This document shows positions 27,472 through 38,231 of a DNA stretch of 64,000 nt, piece after piece. The stretch comes from an uncultured Candidatus Binatia bacterium. Its GTDB lineage: Bacteria > Desulfobacterota > Binatia > Bin18. Position 1 is the stretch's first letter. Each line of letters begins with the position of its first letter. The position numbers and the translations under genes are program-made. The notes under the pieces are model-generated. The model was given only the letters and a program-made list of their open reading frames with translations, was not told the DNA's origin and ran no database searches. The stretch covers positions 2,400,001 through 2,464,000 of the forward strand of contig OZ241744.1 in NCBI GenBank assembly GCA_965200965.1. The letters are read 5' to 3'.

Positions 27472-28332
27472 CTACCGAAACAACACCTTGGCCAGCTCGG
27501 ACCGGAAATGCTCGGCCAGTTCGCTGCGCGGCCCAATCACGTCAAACACCTCCAGCATCGCTTTGCGCGCCCCGTCGTCCCGAAACGCGCGGTCTTTCTT
27601 CACCACTTCCAGGTACTCGGTCAGCGCCTCTCTGTATTGGCCCGAGGCGGCCAAGGCCTGGGCGAGCTCAAACCGGGCCTCCAGGTCGTCGGGACTGGCT
27701 GCCAGCTTATCCCGATACTCTTGTGCATTGCCCACACCCTCCCCGCCCTGTTTGAGGTGAATCTGGGACATCAACTGCTGGGCGGCGTCCGATTCGGGAG
27801 CGTTGAGCGGGACCTTGCCCAATAGTGCCAGGGCATCGGTCTCCTCTCCACGCTCAATCAGCAGACGGCTCAGCCCAAGCAGGGCCAGGGGCTGGTTTTC
27901 TTCCCTGGAGAGGGCCGCCCGGTACAGGCTCTCGGCACCTTGCGCCTTGCCCTCTTCAGCCAGCCGCACACCCTCACGCGCCAAACTTTCGGCCTCGGAC
28001 GGCAGCAGATCTGCCACAAACTGGCGAATGGCCGGCTCCGGCTGCGCCCCCAGAAACTCCCCGGCAACGGCTCCGTTGCGGATCGCTTTGACGGCCGGGA
28101 TGCTCTGGATCGCAAACTCCCGGGCCAACATCGGGCTGTCGTCAACGTTGATCTTGGCCAGCACGAACTTGCCCTCCTGCTCTTCGGCCAGCTGTTCGAG
28201 CAGCGGCCCAATCGCCCGGCACGGTCCACACCACGGTGCCCAGAAATCCACCACCACCGGCACGGTGCGCGAGCGTTCCACGACCTGCTGCTCAAAATCC
28301 TGATCCGTGACCTCAATCGTCCACTGATTCAT
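27472..28332 (-). CDS. Thioredoxin-TPR chaperedoxin (YbbN/CnoX-like)
   Basis: DFWAPWCGPC followed by TPR helices. Confidence 0.9.
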   Translation of the reverse strand: MNQWTIEVTDQDFEQQVVERSRTVPVVVDFWAPWCGPCRAIGPLLEQLAEEQEGKFVLAKINVDDSPMLAREFAIQSIPAVKAIRNGAVAGEFLGAQPEPAIRQFVADLLPSEAESLAREGVRLAEEGKAQGAESLYRAALSREENQPLALLGLSRLLIERGEETDALALLGKVPLNAPESDAAQQLMSQIHLKQGGEGVGNAQEYRDKLAASPDDLEARFELAQALAASGQYREALTEYLEVVKKDRAFRDDGARKAMLEVFDVIGPRSELAEHFRSELAKVLFR

Positions 28333-28463
28333 CGGCCTTCTCCTTTGTCGGGCCGTCAGCCTAGCACAGCTTGCAACGCGCTTCCATCTGCTTCCATTTT
28401 GCCGCCCGATAGGATATCTGCGGGAGGGAAGACGCGCGAGCGCGGGAGTCAAAGGAGTAACAA

Positions 28464-29867
28464 ATGGCTGCCAGGACCATGTTTGAAAAAATCTGGGACG
28501 CGCACCTGGTGCGGACCGAGCCGGACGGGACGGCGTTGCTCTACATCGACCGTCATCTGGTCCATGAAGTGACCTCACCCCAGGCCTTTGAGGGTCTGCA
28601 CCTGGCCGGACGGTGCCTGCGACGGCCCAAAGCCGCCCTGGCCGTGCCCGACCACAATGTACCGACGACGGACCGCGACACACCGATCGCAGACCGGGTC
28701 AGCGCCAAGCAGGTTGAGACCCTGGAAGAGAACTGCCAGGCCACCGATATGCCGCTGTTCTCCATGAACGACATCCGCCAGGGTATTGTCCATGTCATCG
28801 GCCCCGAGCAGGGCTTTACCCTGCCGGGTACCACCATTGTCTGCGGCGACTCGCATACGGCCACCCACGGAGCGTTTGGCGCACTGGCGTTTGGCATTGG
28901 AACCAGTGAGGTTGAGCATGTCCTGGCCACCCAGTGTTTGGTCCAAAAACAGGCCAGGACTATGGCCGTCCAGGTTGAGGGGACGCTGTCCGAGGGCTGT
29001 ACGGCCAAAGACATTATCCTGGCCATCATCGGCAAAATTGGGACGGCTGGCGGTACTGGTCATGTGATTGAATATCGTGGCTCAGCCATCGAATCGCTGT
29101 CAATGGAAGGCCGCATGACGCTGTGCAATATGTCAATTGAGGCCGGTGCCCGGGCCGGCATGGTTGCGCCCGACCACAAGACCTATGACTATCTGCGTGG
29201 TCGGCCGCTGGCACCCCGGGGCGACCTGTTTGACCAGGCGGTTGCGGCCTGGAAACAGCTGCCGTCCGATCCGGGGGCGCGCTTCGATAGCAGCGTGGAG
29301 TTGCGGGCCGAAGACATTCTGCCCCAGGTCACCTGGGGGACGAACCCCGGTATGGTGACGGATATCACCGGCGCAGTCCCAAACCCCAAGGACATGCCGA
29401 CGCCGGAACTGCAAGAAGCCACCCAACGCGCTCTGGCCTATATGGACCTCAAGGCCGGTACGCCGATCACCGACATCACGCTTGATACGGTGTTTATCGG
29501 CTCATGCACCAACTCACGCATCGAAGACCTGCGCGCCGCCGCCGCGTGTATCAAGGGCAAACAGGTTGCTTCAAGTGTTCACGCTCTGGTGGTGCCGGGC
29601 TCGGGGCTGGTCAAGCAGCAGGCCGAAGAGGAAGGGCTGGATCAGGTCTTCAAACAGGCCGGTTTTGAGTGGCGCGAGGCCGGCTGCTCCATGTGTCTGG
29701 CCATGAACGCCGATGTGCTCCATCCCGGCGAACGCTGCGCCTCGACCAGCAACCGGAATTTTGAGGGCCGTCAGGGCAAAGGCGGTCGCACCCACCTGGT
29801 CTCGCCGACAATGGCCGCCGCGGCTGCGGTGGCCGGGCATTTTGTGGATATTCGGACCTGGAGTTAA
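28464..29867 (+). CDS. leuC: 3-isopropylmalate dehydratase large subunit
   Basis: [46 protein letters not shown]. Confidence 0.97.
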   Translation: MAARTMFEKIWDAHLVRTEPDGTALLYIDRHLVHEVTSPQAFEGLHLAGRCLRRPKAALAVPDHNVPTTDRDTPIADRVSAKQVETLEENCQATDMPLFSMNDIRQGIVHVIGPEQGFTLPGTTIVCGDSHTATHGAFGALAFGIGTSEVEHVLATQCLVQKQARTMAVQVEGTLSEGCTAKDIILAIIGKIGTAGGTGHVIEYRGSAIESLSMEGRMTLCNMSIEAGARAGMVAPDHKTYDYLRGRPLAPRGDLFDQAVAAWKQLPSDPGARFDSSVELRAEDILPQVTWGTNPGMVTDITGAVPNPKDMPTPELQEATQRALAYMDLKAGTPITDITLDTVFIGSCTNSRIEDLRAAAACIKGKQVASSVHALVVPGSGLVKQQAEEEGLDQVFKQAGFEWREAGCSMCLAMNADVLHPGERCASTSNRNFEGRQGKGGRTHLVSPTMAAAAAVAGHFVDIRTWS

Positions 29868-29910
29868 GCGTGCCTGCGGCGACCGGACCGGCCGCGGAGA
29901 GGAAAACGTC

Positions 29911-30534
29911 ATGGATACATTCACCCTTGTCAAAGGGCTGGCCGCCCCGCTGGATCGGGTCAATGTCGATACCGACCAGATCATCCCCAAGCAGTATCTC
30001 AAGACCATCAAGCGCACCGGGTTGCGCGAAGGACTGTTTTCAGACTGGCGCTATACGAGCAGCGGCGAAACCGACCCCAGCTTTTTTATGAACCAGCCGC
30101 GCTACCAGAATGCCGTCATCCTGGTCGCCGGCGACAATTTTGGCTGCGGCTCGTCGCGGGAGCACGCGCCGTGGGCCTTGCTTGACTATGGGCTCCGGTG
30201 TGTGATTGCGCCCAGTTTTGCCGACATCTTTTTTAATAACTGCTTCAAGAACGGTATGCTGCCGGTTGTGCTCACAGCCGCCGAGGTCGCCCAACTCATC
30301 AAAGAGATTGAGGCCAGCCCGGGCTATGAGCTGAGCGTTGATCTGGCCGTCCAGACAGTGACAACCCCGTCCGGAACGACCTTCCGGTTTGCGGTTGATC
30401 CGTTTCGCAAGGAGTGTCTGCTGAACGGGCTCGATGAGATTGGCCTCACCCTCCGGAACGAGGCCGATATCACGGCTTACGAGCAGCAACGCCGGCAGGC
30501 AGCACCGTGGTTGTTTTTGGAGGATATGGAATGA
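29911..30534 (+). CDS. leuD: 3-isopropylmalate dehydratase small subunit
   Basis: [28 protein letters not shown]. Confidence 0.97.
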   Translation: MDTFTLVKGLAAPLDRVNVDTDQIIPKQYLKTIKRTGLREGLFSDWRYTSSGETDPSFFMNQPRYQNAVILVAGDNFGCGSSREHAPWALLDYGLRCVIAPSFADIFFNNCFKNGMLPVVLTAAEVAQLIKEIEASPGYELSVDLAVQTVTTPSGTTFRFAVDPFRKECLLNGLDEIGLTLRNEADITAYEQQRRQAAPWLFLEDME

Positions 30535-31361
30535 AAGTTGGTGTGGTTATCCGCAATATGGGCCCCCAGGCGACCAAACAGATCATTGGCGACTGCGCCA
30601 AGGCGGCCGAGCAGGCGGGCTTTGATGCGGCCTTTGTGGTCGATCATCTCGCCATTCCGCCCGATCAGACCGAGGGTTCGGGCGGGCGCTATTTTGATCC
30701 CCTCATGACACTCGGCTATCTGGCCGGGATTACCGAGCGGATCAGGATCGGGATTTCGGTGCTGGTCATGCCCTATCGCCCCGCGGTGCTGACCGCCAAA
30801 CAGTTGGCAACCCTCCAGGAACTGTCCGATAACCGGGTTATTCTGGGGGCCGGGGTCGGCTGGCTGAGGCAGGAGTTTGAAGCCCTCGGTGTTGATCCGC
30901 GCAAACGGGGCGCGCTGACCAACGAAACCCTTGAGGTCATTCATAAACTGTTTGCTAACGACATCAGTTCGTATGCCGGCCAGCACGTCAAATTCCCCGA
31001 GTTTGTGTTTGCTCCCCGTCCGGCCCGGCCACCGATTTGGGTTGGCGGGGCTGGACCAAAGGCACTGGAGCGGACCCTCCGGTTTGGAGACGGGTATTAT
31101 CCGATCGGTCTCAAACCGCCCGAACTCACCGAGGTCAGAACCTGTCTGGCCGAAGAGGCGGAAAAACGCGGGCGGGCCACACCGGAGCTCATCACCGGCG
31201 GCATGATCCGGGACGATCCGGTGGCCATGCTCGACCGCATCAACATGGTCAAGGAAGCCGGGGCCGACTATTATGTGCTGGGTCTCGGGCGTTATGAGAA
31301 CGCCGACGCCTATACGCGCAGCATTGACAGGTTTGCGGCTGAGGTCATGCCCAAGCTGTGA
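30531..31361 (+). CDS. LLM-class (probably F420-dependent) oxidoreductase
   Basis: [31 protein letters not shown]. Confidence 0.85.
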   Translation: MKVGVVIRNMGPQATKQIIGDCAKAAEQAGFDAAFVVDHLAIPPDQTEGSGGRYFDPLMTLGYLAGITERIRIGISVLVMPYRPAVLTAKQLATLQELSDNRVILGAGVGWLRQEFEALGVDPRKRGALTNETLEVIHKLFANDISSYAGQHVKFPEFVFAPRPARPPIWVGGAGPKALERTLRFGDGYYPIGLKPPELTEVRTCLAEEAEKRGRATPELITGGMIRDDPVAMLDRINMVKEAGADYYVLGLGRYENADAYTRSIDRFAAEVMPKL

Positions 31362-31479
31362 GGCGGGGGGGGGGCACCGCCTACCCGGTCCGCGCTCCCT
31401 GCCTATGATCGAGCTCCAGCCTTTCAGTTCTCCTATGAACCGAATGGAAGAACTCGCGGCGAACGAGATTGGGAGAGAG

Positions 31480-32886
31480 TCAGACCATATCTTTACTGAC
31501 ATAATTGTCGTCAATATCCCGCTTTGGAGGGGAAGAAGGTGGGAGATCTTCTATCTCACCTGGAACTTCATATGCACCGATGTTGTAGCTTTGGTGGCTC
31601 AGCCCATATGCCACGGCGAGCCGGTGGTGAAAGTTGTCATCAATCTCTGCCGCAAGAGACTTTGGCTTCGGTAAATTGATCCGTCTTACTCCAGTCGGAG
31701 AACGACGGAACCAGTGTACCAGCCCAACCAGCCATTTCTCGATGTCAGACACGACTTCCTTATATATTGTCATTTCTTTAGCACCTCCACACAAAAATAT
31801 GGGAAAATCTTCTGACCAACGGCGGGAGTCGGGATCTCTCCGCTTCTTCAGAGCCTCGAAAGTCTTTTTGAGAAGTTCCACACATTTACCGACGAATTCT
31901 TTCTCGGCGATAGCAAGCTGTTCAGTAAGAGCATCGGGGGGAGGTATGTATGATTTTACATCATCCTCAATCACATATAATGGATCGGTCGGGTCGGACA
32001 GACTTTTTGCGTGATCTTCTATCGCTCTCTTCAACCCTTCGACCCGCTTGCCGTGCAGATGCTTTGCACCCAGCAATTTGACATCGGCAGTAAGTATGGA
32101 GTAATGGTCCTCGCCCCCCTCATCAGCTAGTCTGAACGAGCATACATCCAATGTACTTGCTCCAATATCCACCAGGAGATGGAGACCTTCATCTCGGAGC
32201 GGGGATCGGGCATAGCCGACTACCTCAGCGATAACTTCCGGGATTAGATTGAAATTGAAATCGCATTCATCTTCCTTCTCATTTTTGATGTCTTTGACAG
32301 CCTCTTCAGCACTGGCAAGCGTGGCTGATTGTCGTTGAGAGGCGAGCCAAGCAGCTTTGCCAACCAAAGCGAAAATTTCCCCAAGTCTGGGGTCGTTCTT
32401 GATTGCAGCGGGCAGCCCCAAGTTGAAAGATCAGTCAAGCCGTAAATCTACAAAGGCTTTTCTCTGAGTTTGCAAGAACCAGCGGCGGACGTAGCGTAAC
32501 ACCAACGCCAGATAAGCCGTTGCGACTGTAGCCGCTGACGCATCGCAAGGTGGACCGGAGACGGGGGCAATAATCTTATCCGGCTCTCCCATCAAACCGA
32601 TCTTAATATCGGTCAAAAGCGAAGCATCTGGAGCAGATTCTAGTGAACAGCAGCCATTCCGTTTCACAAACAGCTTTGTCGGCAGCAGGTATTTTGAATT
32701 CTCGTGAGCGAAGTTGCCAAACGGAACCGCAAACGCAGGCTCTCCAGGAAAATTGAAAACATGTACGACAGCCTTTGTTGATGATGTTCCAAAATCGAGC
32801 CCTAGAACAATTTCGATTTTCCCAGAGCCGTCCGTCCCGTCAAACTGTAAAGCGTCCTCTGGAGTACCATCAGTTTCGTTTTCCAT
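31480..32886 (-). pseudogene. Actin/Hsp70-fold ATPase with in-frame TGA at 32431..32433
   Basis: LGLDFGTSSTK, LIPEVIAE, LVDIGASTLD, FLCGG, AVAYGLS; both ORFs in frame (LD*SFNLGLP). Confidence 0.8.
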
Positions 32887-32898
32887 AAGCTCCTCTAT

Positions 32899-35800
32899 TT
32901 ATTCGATCAACACCAGCGCAACGAAAATGGCTTCACACCGATGTTTTACTTTCCGATGCTTATTGATTTCCGATTTCTGGAGTTCATACCTCTCTTCGAG
33001 TGCTCGCAAGCGTCCTTCGTTTGCGGGTATCAGTTGCGTTCGTCCGGTCTCTCGTAGTCTGTTTATCGTCCGCTGGATAACCCCACGTTGTTTTGAGACA
33101 TGTCTATCAAGATTTCTTTCTTGAATATCTGCCCGATCCGCGTTTTGGGCCTCCTCCTCTTTGACAAACCTCTCGAAACGTTTATCAAGTTCGCCGAGGG
33201 TATCGTTGGCAATATCGTGGGCACGGTTCAAATCGCATTGGGATCTCGCCTCCAGCCATCGATTTCCTTTGAAGGCGCAAAGACTGGCCATACGTTCCGC
33301 CTGGAGTTCTCCGAGGAGTTTATCGGGCCGCTCCAAATGAACAGCCTCATAGACAAGCTTCTCAATATCACGAAGACCTTGAACAGACCAGAGAGAAGCC
33401 ACTAGTACATAAATACCAGTCTCAAAGTCTCCCGCCGCCATCCTCACAGCTACCGCCGGTCGTGTCTGCTCAGCAGTTTCGGAGATCTTCTCGCTGATGA
33501 AGCGAACCAAGGGGTGGAATTGAGAGATGATTTCTTTCCTTGTACGAGTTTCGGGACGTACGAGATTTTCAAATCGGCATACCACAGGGCTGGAGGTGCT
33601 TTGCGTTAGCCGTGTTTGACCTGTTAGATGTTTTTGTCTCGCAAATTCTGACAAATCGTGCTTGGCCTGGGTGGTCAGCGAAAGTTGATATTCGTGGTTC
33701 TCATTTTCCCCGTCCGTTTTCAACAAACGGCAGCCAGGATAGTGAATGTTCAGAAAGTCAGTAACATAGGAGAACAGATCATCTCCGTCGATCCAACGAT
33801 TTGTCTCCTTCGCAGCCTGAACCTGCCGAAGAATATAGTCTCCGTATGCCACCAGATGGGCAGCTTCCGATTCGAGGCGCTCCTCTTCCTGTTTTTTTGT
33901 CTCTAGCGCCAGAGCCGTTTGGGCGATTCGGTCTTCCTGTTGAGCAGGCGTTAGATGGTCAGTGAAGAGATCGTGGACAAGTCTTTTTACTTCCTTGCCA
34001 AGAATTTCCTCAAAATCTCCCAGCGCGCTACGGCACAAATCCAACTTGTCGTATAGACACTCATATATTCTGGCGTCCACGGTTTCAGCATAAAAGAGGT
34101 TCCAGATCAGAACCTTGTCCGCTTTCTGGCCGATACGATCTATGCGTCCTATTCGTTGTTCGACTTGCATCGGATTCCACGGGAGATCGTAGTTAATCAC
34201 GACCCGGGAGAACTGGAGATCAACGCCTTCGCTACCCACCTCGGATGACAAAAGTACAGGAGGACCGTTAGACGATCTGAACTCCCGAATAATGTCATCC
34301 TTCGTTCTGTTCCCTCCACCCTGAAGGATGATGCTCTGAATCCCGTCCTCGCTAAGCCGCTCCTGAAGATGGGCAAGGGTTGCTCGAAACGTGGAGAAGA
34401 CAATAATCTTGTCCTTTGGATGAGCAGTGAAAAATTCTTGTAGGACCTCGTGCAGCCGCTTATATTTACTGTCATTCTCGACAAGCGCATCAAAGCCGGC
34501 AATATCATCTGAATGAGCCACATGAGCCACCAGTTTCTCCGTCAATGGGCCGAGTTGCTGGCGGTGCTTATCCTCATCCGTCGATGAAAACTCATCTTGG
34601 CTGATTTCTACTCGCCGTTTCTCCCATGTCTTCAGAGCGGCCGGCATACAGCTCGCCATCTGGCGCTGAGGTGTTACGAGAAGGAATGCTTCGTTGACAC
34701 CACGTTCCAGACAGTAGTCGATCACGATGTCCGTTACGGCCTTGTAGAATTTCCGTTCCACCTCCGTCATGAAGATGAATTCGGGTTTCGGGTCACGAAC
34801 GATCCGCCATTCCTGAACATCCCGCTTCCGGGTGCGGGTTACAGCATGTCCCAGGAGATTAATGGTCTCAAGACGATAGGCGATCTGGCTCCGCTCCGAG
34901 AGGGAGTCCAGTTTCCTGTCATCAATTCCCTCCAACAGAGTTTCGAGTTGTCGATTGCCCTCCAAGATACGGTTGCGCTTGGCCTCCCGGAGAAGGGATA
35001 TTAACTCTTGTGGCCCAGCTTCTCCTCCGAGCACTAAGTCTCGCGCGCGCACTAATGGCTCGTTGGCTTTCAGAATCTCAACAAAGTCCTCCTGTCGTTC
35101 AAATGTGTCGGGGTCGAGGAGCTGGAGTAGAGAAAAGATGTCACGGCTATGGTTGTGAATTGGTGTAGCTGTCAGCAGGACGAGGTATTCGGAAACGTTG
35201 CGCATCAATTGCCCAAGGCGGTTGGTTTGGGTTTCTGGGTTGCGCATATGATGGGCTTCGTCAATCACAAGCAGGTCCACTAGCCGTTCCTCGTTTTCCA
35301 TAGACCTGAGAAACCGGGCCAATTCAGCGGTGTTCGATTTTGTTTCATTGGGGTCGTCCTGGTGTCGAGGCGGACGCAACCCCTGTGTGCTTGCGATGAT
35401 CGTAAATCCCCTGGTTTGATCCTCGCTGCTCCTGAGCGTTCTCAGAGTTTCCTCTGGATCGCAAATGATTGGAGAAAGACCCATTTTGCCGGAGAGTTCG
35501 TCCCGCCACTTCTCTCGCAACGCAGCCGGACACAGCACGACAAGCCTGTTCAAATCAAAGCGACTTTTTAACTCGGTCCATATCAAGCCGGCCTCAATAG
35601 TCTTGCCAAGCCCGACTTCGTCCGCTATCAGAAGGCCGTTGGTCGGAGTCTGAAGGAGCTTCAGAACAGGCTTAAACTGATAGGCGTAGAAATCGGTGTT
35701 TGTCGCTTCCATGCTGTATATGATGTCCGCCAATCGCCCCGTAAGCCGGACATGGGTCAAGGTTCTCCGCAGGTTATCAGGCGTCCCCAACTTCCCCTTC

Positions 35801-36012
35801 TCAAGCAAATCAAGCGGGTCCATCTGCTCTTCAGGTTGGAGTTCGAGTTGGTCTTCATAGACTAGCGCAGTTTTGTCGGGAAAGCGGACCTGGAACAGAC
35901 GCCGGCCCTTTCTCATTTTGGGTTTCGCGTTCGTCAGCACACCGGTCCGCAACGGATCGTTGACTAGCCGAACCCGCGTTCCAGGCCGCAAATTTTCCTC
36001 AGTCGGTCGCAT
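32899..36012 (-). CDS. SNF2-family helicase (RapA/DrmD/ZorD-like)
   Basis: ADEVGLGKTIE, DEAH, TATP, EGVDLQ, YDLPWNP..EQRIGRIDRIGQ; lower GC. Confidence 0.92.
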   Translation of the reverse strand: MRPTEENLRPGTRVRLVNDPLRTGVLTNAKPKMRKGRRLFQVRFPDKTALVYEDQLELQPEEQMDPLDLLEKGKLGTPDNLRRTLTHVRLTGRLADIIYSMEATNTDFYAYQFKPVLKLLQTPTNGLLIADEVGLGKTIEAGLIWTELKSRFDLNRLVVLCPAALREKWRDELSGKMGLSPIICDPEETLRTLRSSEDQTRGFTIIASTQGLRPPRHQDDPNETKSNTAELARFLRSMENEERLVDLLVIDEAHHMRNPETQTNRLGQLMRNVSEYLVLLTATPIHNHSRDIFSLLQLLDPDTFERQEDFVEILKANEPLVRARDLVLGGEAGPQELISLLREAKRNRILEGNRQLETLLEGIDDRKLDSLSERSQIAYRLETINLLGHAVTRTRKRDVQEWRIVRDPKPEFIFMTEVERKFYKAVTDIVIDYCLERGVNEAFLLVTPQRQMASCMPAALKTWEKRRVEISQDEFSSTDEDKHRQQLGPLTEKLVAHVAHSDDIAGFDALVENDSKYKRLHEVLQEFFTAHPKDKIIVFSTFRATLAHLQERLSEDGIQSIILQGGGNRTKDDIIREFRSSNGPPVLLSSEVGSEGVDLQFSRVVINYDLPWNPMQVEQRIGRIDRIGQKADKVLIWNLFYAETVDARIYECLYDKLDLCRSALGDFEEILGKEVKRLVHDLFTDHLTPAQQEDRIAQTALALETKKQEEERLESEAAHLVAYGDYILRQVQAAKETNRWIDGDDLFSYVTDFLNIHYPGCRLLKTDGENENHEYQLSLTTQAKHDLSEFARQKHLTGQTRLTQSTSSPVVCRFENLVRPETRTRKEIISQFHPLVRFISEKISETAEQTRPAVAVRMAAGDFETGIYVLVASLWSVQGLRDIEKLVYEAVHLERPDKLLGELQAERMASLCAFKGNRWLEARSQCDLNRAHDIANDTLGELDKRFERFVKEEEAQNADRADIQERNLDRHVSKQRGVIQRTINRLRETGRTQLIPANEGRLRALEERYELQKSEINKHRKVKHRCEAIFVALVLIE

Positions 36013-36086
36013 GAATATCTCTCAATTTAGGTGATCGTCTATTAGGATTTATCGGGGCTTCGCACTGTCATGGACACTTCCCCCTC

Positions 36087-36878
36087 TCATCTTGCCCTGG
36101 CCGCCTCAAGCAGCCGGCCCGGAAAGTCGGACATGAGCCCGTCTACGCCGAGTTCCAACAAGCGTTCCATATCGGCTCGGTCATTGATCGTCCACACATG
36201 GACTTCCGCCCCAAGCTCGTGGATAGCCGCCACCGTCTGGGGCGTGACCAGGGCGACGCCCCCGTATTCGGGCGGGATTTGAAACGCCCGGGCGGGCGGG
36301 CGGTAGTCGCCGAGCTGCCGGCGCAAGACCCGCTGCATGAACGCGACCACCTCTCCGGACGAGCAGTTGGTGGCGATATCCGGGGCCAGGCTTCTGACCC
36401 GGGTCACAACCGCGTCATGCTCTGAGGCCAGAATAAGCGCGTCGGCCATGTTGCATTCCCGCACCACGGCAATCACCTGCTCTTCTATTGGCGGCTCTGT
36501 CTGTTTGATTTCAACCGTGAACCGGACCTGCGGGAAGCGGCGCAGCACATCGGCGAGGAGAGAGATGATCACGCCTTGGCCCCGAAACGGAAACGTGTTG
36601 CCGGCGTCGGGGGTAAAGTGATAGCCGGCGTCAAGCCTTTGCAGCTCGGCCAGGCCGTGTTCCCTGACCAGCCCGTGGCCGTTGGTCGTGCGCTCCAGGG
36701 TCTCGTCGTGGATGACCACCACATGGCCGTCCTGGCTCAGATGCACATCCAACTCCATGTAGACAGCCCCCAGAGCCGCGGCCCGCTCGAACGCCGGCAG
36801 GGTATTTTCCGGGGCCTCGCCACTCGCCCCCCGGTGGGCGAACAGCCGGGGGACAGGGCCGGTGAAAAAATCGCTCAT
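36087..36878 (-). CDS. Glycerophosphodiester phosphodiesterase
   Basis: AHRGASGEAPENTL, ELDVH, HD.TLERTT, VWTIND, SDFP. Confidence 0.93.
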   Translation of the reverse strand: MSDFFTGPVPRLFAHRGASGEAPENTLPAFERAAALGAVYMELDVHLSQDGHVVVIHDETLERTTNGHGLVREHGLAELQRLDAGYHFTPDAGNTFPFRGQGVIISLLADVLRRFPQVRFTVEIKQTEPPIEEQVIAVVRECNMADALILASEHDAVVTRVRSLAPDIATNCSSGEVVAFMQRVLRRQLGDYRPPARAFQIPPEYGGVALVTPQTVAAIHELGAEVHVWTINDRADMERLLELGVDGLMSDFPGRLLEAARAR

Positions 36879-36890
36879 CCAGCGCGCTCC

Positions 36891-38231
36891 TCAACTCGAT
36901 ACCGTCAGGCCCTCGAGCAGTACCGCGGGGATGAACAGCCGGCTCAGGTTGGGCTGATAGACATTGCCGCGCACACGGATGGCTTTGAGCGCGTCGAAAA
37001 AATTGCCGGCAATCGTAACGCTGTCAACAGCCTGTTTACGCTGGCCGTTTTCGACCCAGAAGCCCTGGACGCCAATGGAAATATCGCCGCTCAGCGGGTT
37101 ACAGCCGGCCGCGCCTTCAAGCTCAGTCACCAGCAGGCATTGTTCTGGCAGGCCGACGAGGGCGTCCAGGCTGTGCGAGCCGGTCGGCATGACGATATTA
37201 TGCCCTGATGTCACAATACCGCTGCTGTAGCTCCGCCCGGCGTGGCCGTTGGACTCGCGTCCGTCCCGACGCGCCGACTCAGTATGATACATGAACTCAG
37301 CAAACCGCCCTTGGGCAATCAGCGCAACGGGGCGGGTGGGGGTGCCTTCGGCGTCCATATAGCGCGAGCTGCCGGCCCCGACCCGGTGGGGCTCGGCGGT
37401 CAGACTGAGTAACTCGTCGGCGATCATCTCGCCCAGCCGGCCCTGGAGGCGGGACTGCCCCTTTTGGGCCGCCTCGGCCGAGAAGCAGCCCAGGTAGAGG
37501 CCGAGCAGTTGTGGAGCGCAGTACTCGTCAAGCACGACCGGCACCTGTCCGCCGGGCACAGAGCCAGCCGTCAGCAGGTCGGCGGCTTTGCGGACCGCGG
37601 TGTTGCCAATGATCGCGCTCTGGCCCGGGTCCCACCCCCGTTCGGCCCACATATGCCCGCCGCTCTTGCGGCGCTCGCCGTCTTCAAGCAGAGCCTGGCA
37701 ATAGGCCCCAACGCTGTTCTGGCGCTGCTGGTAATCAACCCCGTGGGTTGACACAATGCGGTACTCAGAGCTGGACCGCGACACACCCAGGTAGGGAATT
37801 GCGGTCACCCGGGCGTCAGCCTGACGGGCGGTCGCCTCAATGTCCAGACCAAAAGCGCCCAACTCGTCTACCGTCAGTCGCTCAATGGCAGGATTCAACA
37901 GCCCGAGTTGCCGGGGGTCGGGAAGGCTGGCGGCGGCTTGGGGCAGCATCACTTCGGTCGGATCGTTGAGCAGGGCGTTTTCCCTGGCCGATCGGAAGGT
38001 TTTTTCCAGGACCGCGGGTTCCAGACGCTCGGTTGAGGCGAGGCCGGTCCGGCCCTGATGGACCACCCGGATGCCGAGGCCCAGCGCGGTCGCCTGGTCA
38101 ACCTTCTCAACCTGGCCGTTCAGCACACGCAGCGACAACTGCTCGCTCCGCTCGATAATCAGGTCAACATCAGGCTCGCCGTTGTCGCGGGCCAGGGACA
38201 GCACATAGTCCACCGCGGCCTGCTGCTCCAT
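36891..38231 (-). CDS. pmbA: PmbA/TldE-family protein
   Basis: DAEG.PT, SNGHAGR, SGDISIG.QGFWVENG, TIAGNF. Confidence 0.85.
   Translation of the reverse strand: MEQQAAVDYVLSLARDNGEPDVDLIIERSEQLSLRVLNGQVEKVDQATALGLGIRVVHQGRTGLASTERLEPAVLEKTFRSARENALLNDPTEVMLPQAAASLPDPRQLGLLNPAIERLTVDELGAFGLDIEATARQADARVTAIPYLGVSRSSSEYRIVSTHGVDYQQRQNSVGAYCQALLEDGERRKSGGHMWAERGWDPGQSAIIGNTAVRKAADLLTAGSVPGGQVPVVLDEYCAPQLLGLYLGCFSAEAAQKGQSRLQGRLGEMIADELLSLTAEPHRVGAGSSRYMDAEGTPTRPVALIAQGRFAEFMYHTESARRDGRESNGHAGRSYSSGIVTSGHNIVMPTGSHSLDALVGLPEQCLLVTELEGAAGCNPLSGDISIGVQGFWVENGQRKQAVDSVTIAGNFFDALKAIRVRGNVYQPNLSRLFIPAVLLEGLTVSS

Noticed and set aside
31365-31374. Poly-G tract as a phase-variation switch
   Set aside because: Lies between convergent gene ends, not in a CDS or promoter.
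5531-32433. Alternative genetic code or Sec/Pyl recoding explaining the in-frame stops
   Set aside because: TAG and TGA end many normal genes in this window, both codon types occur, and no recoding machinery is visible.
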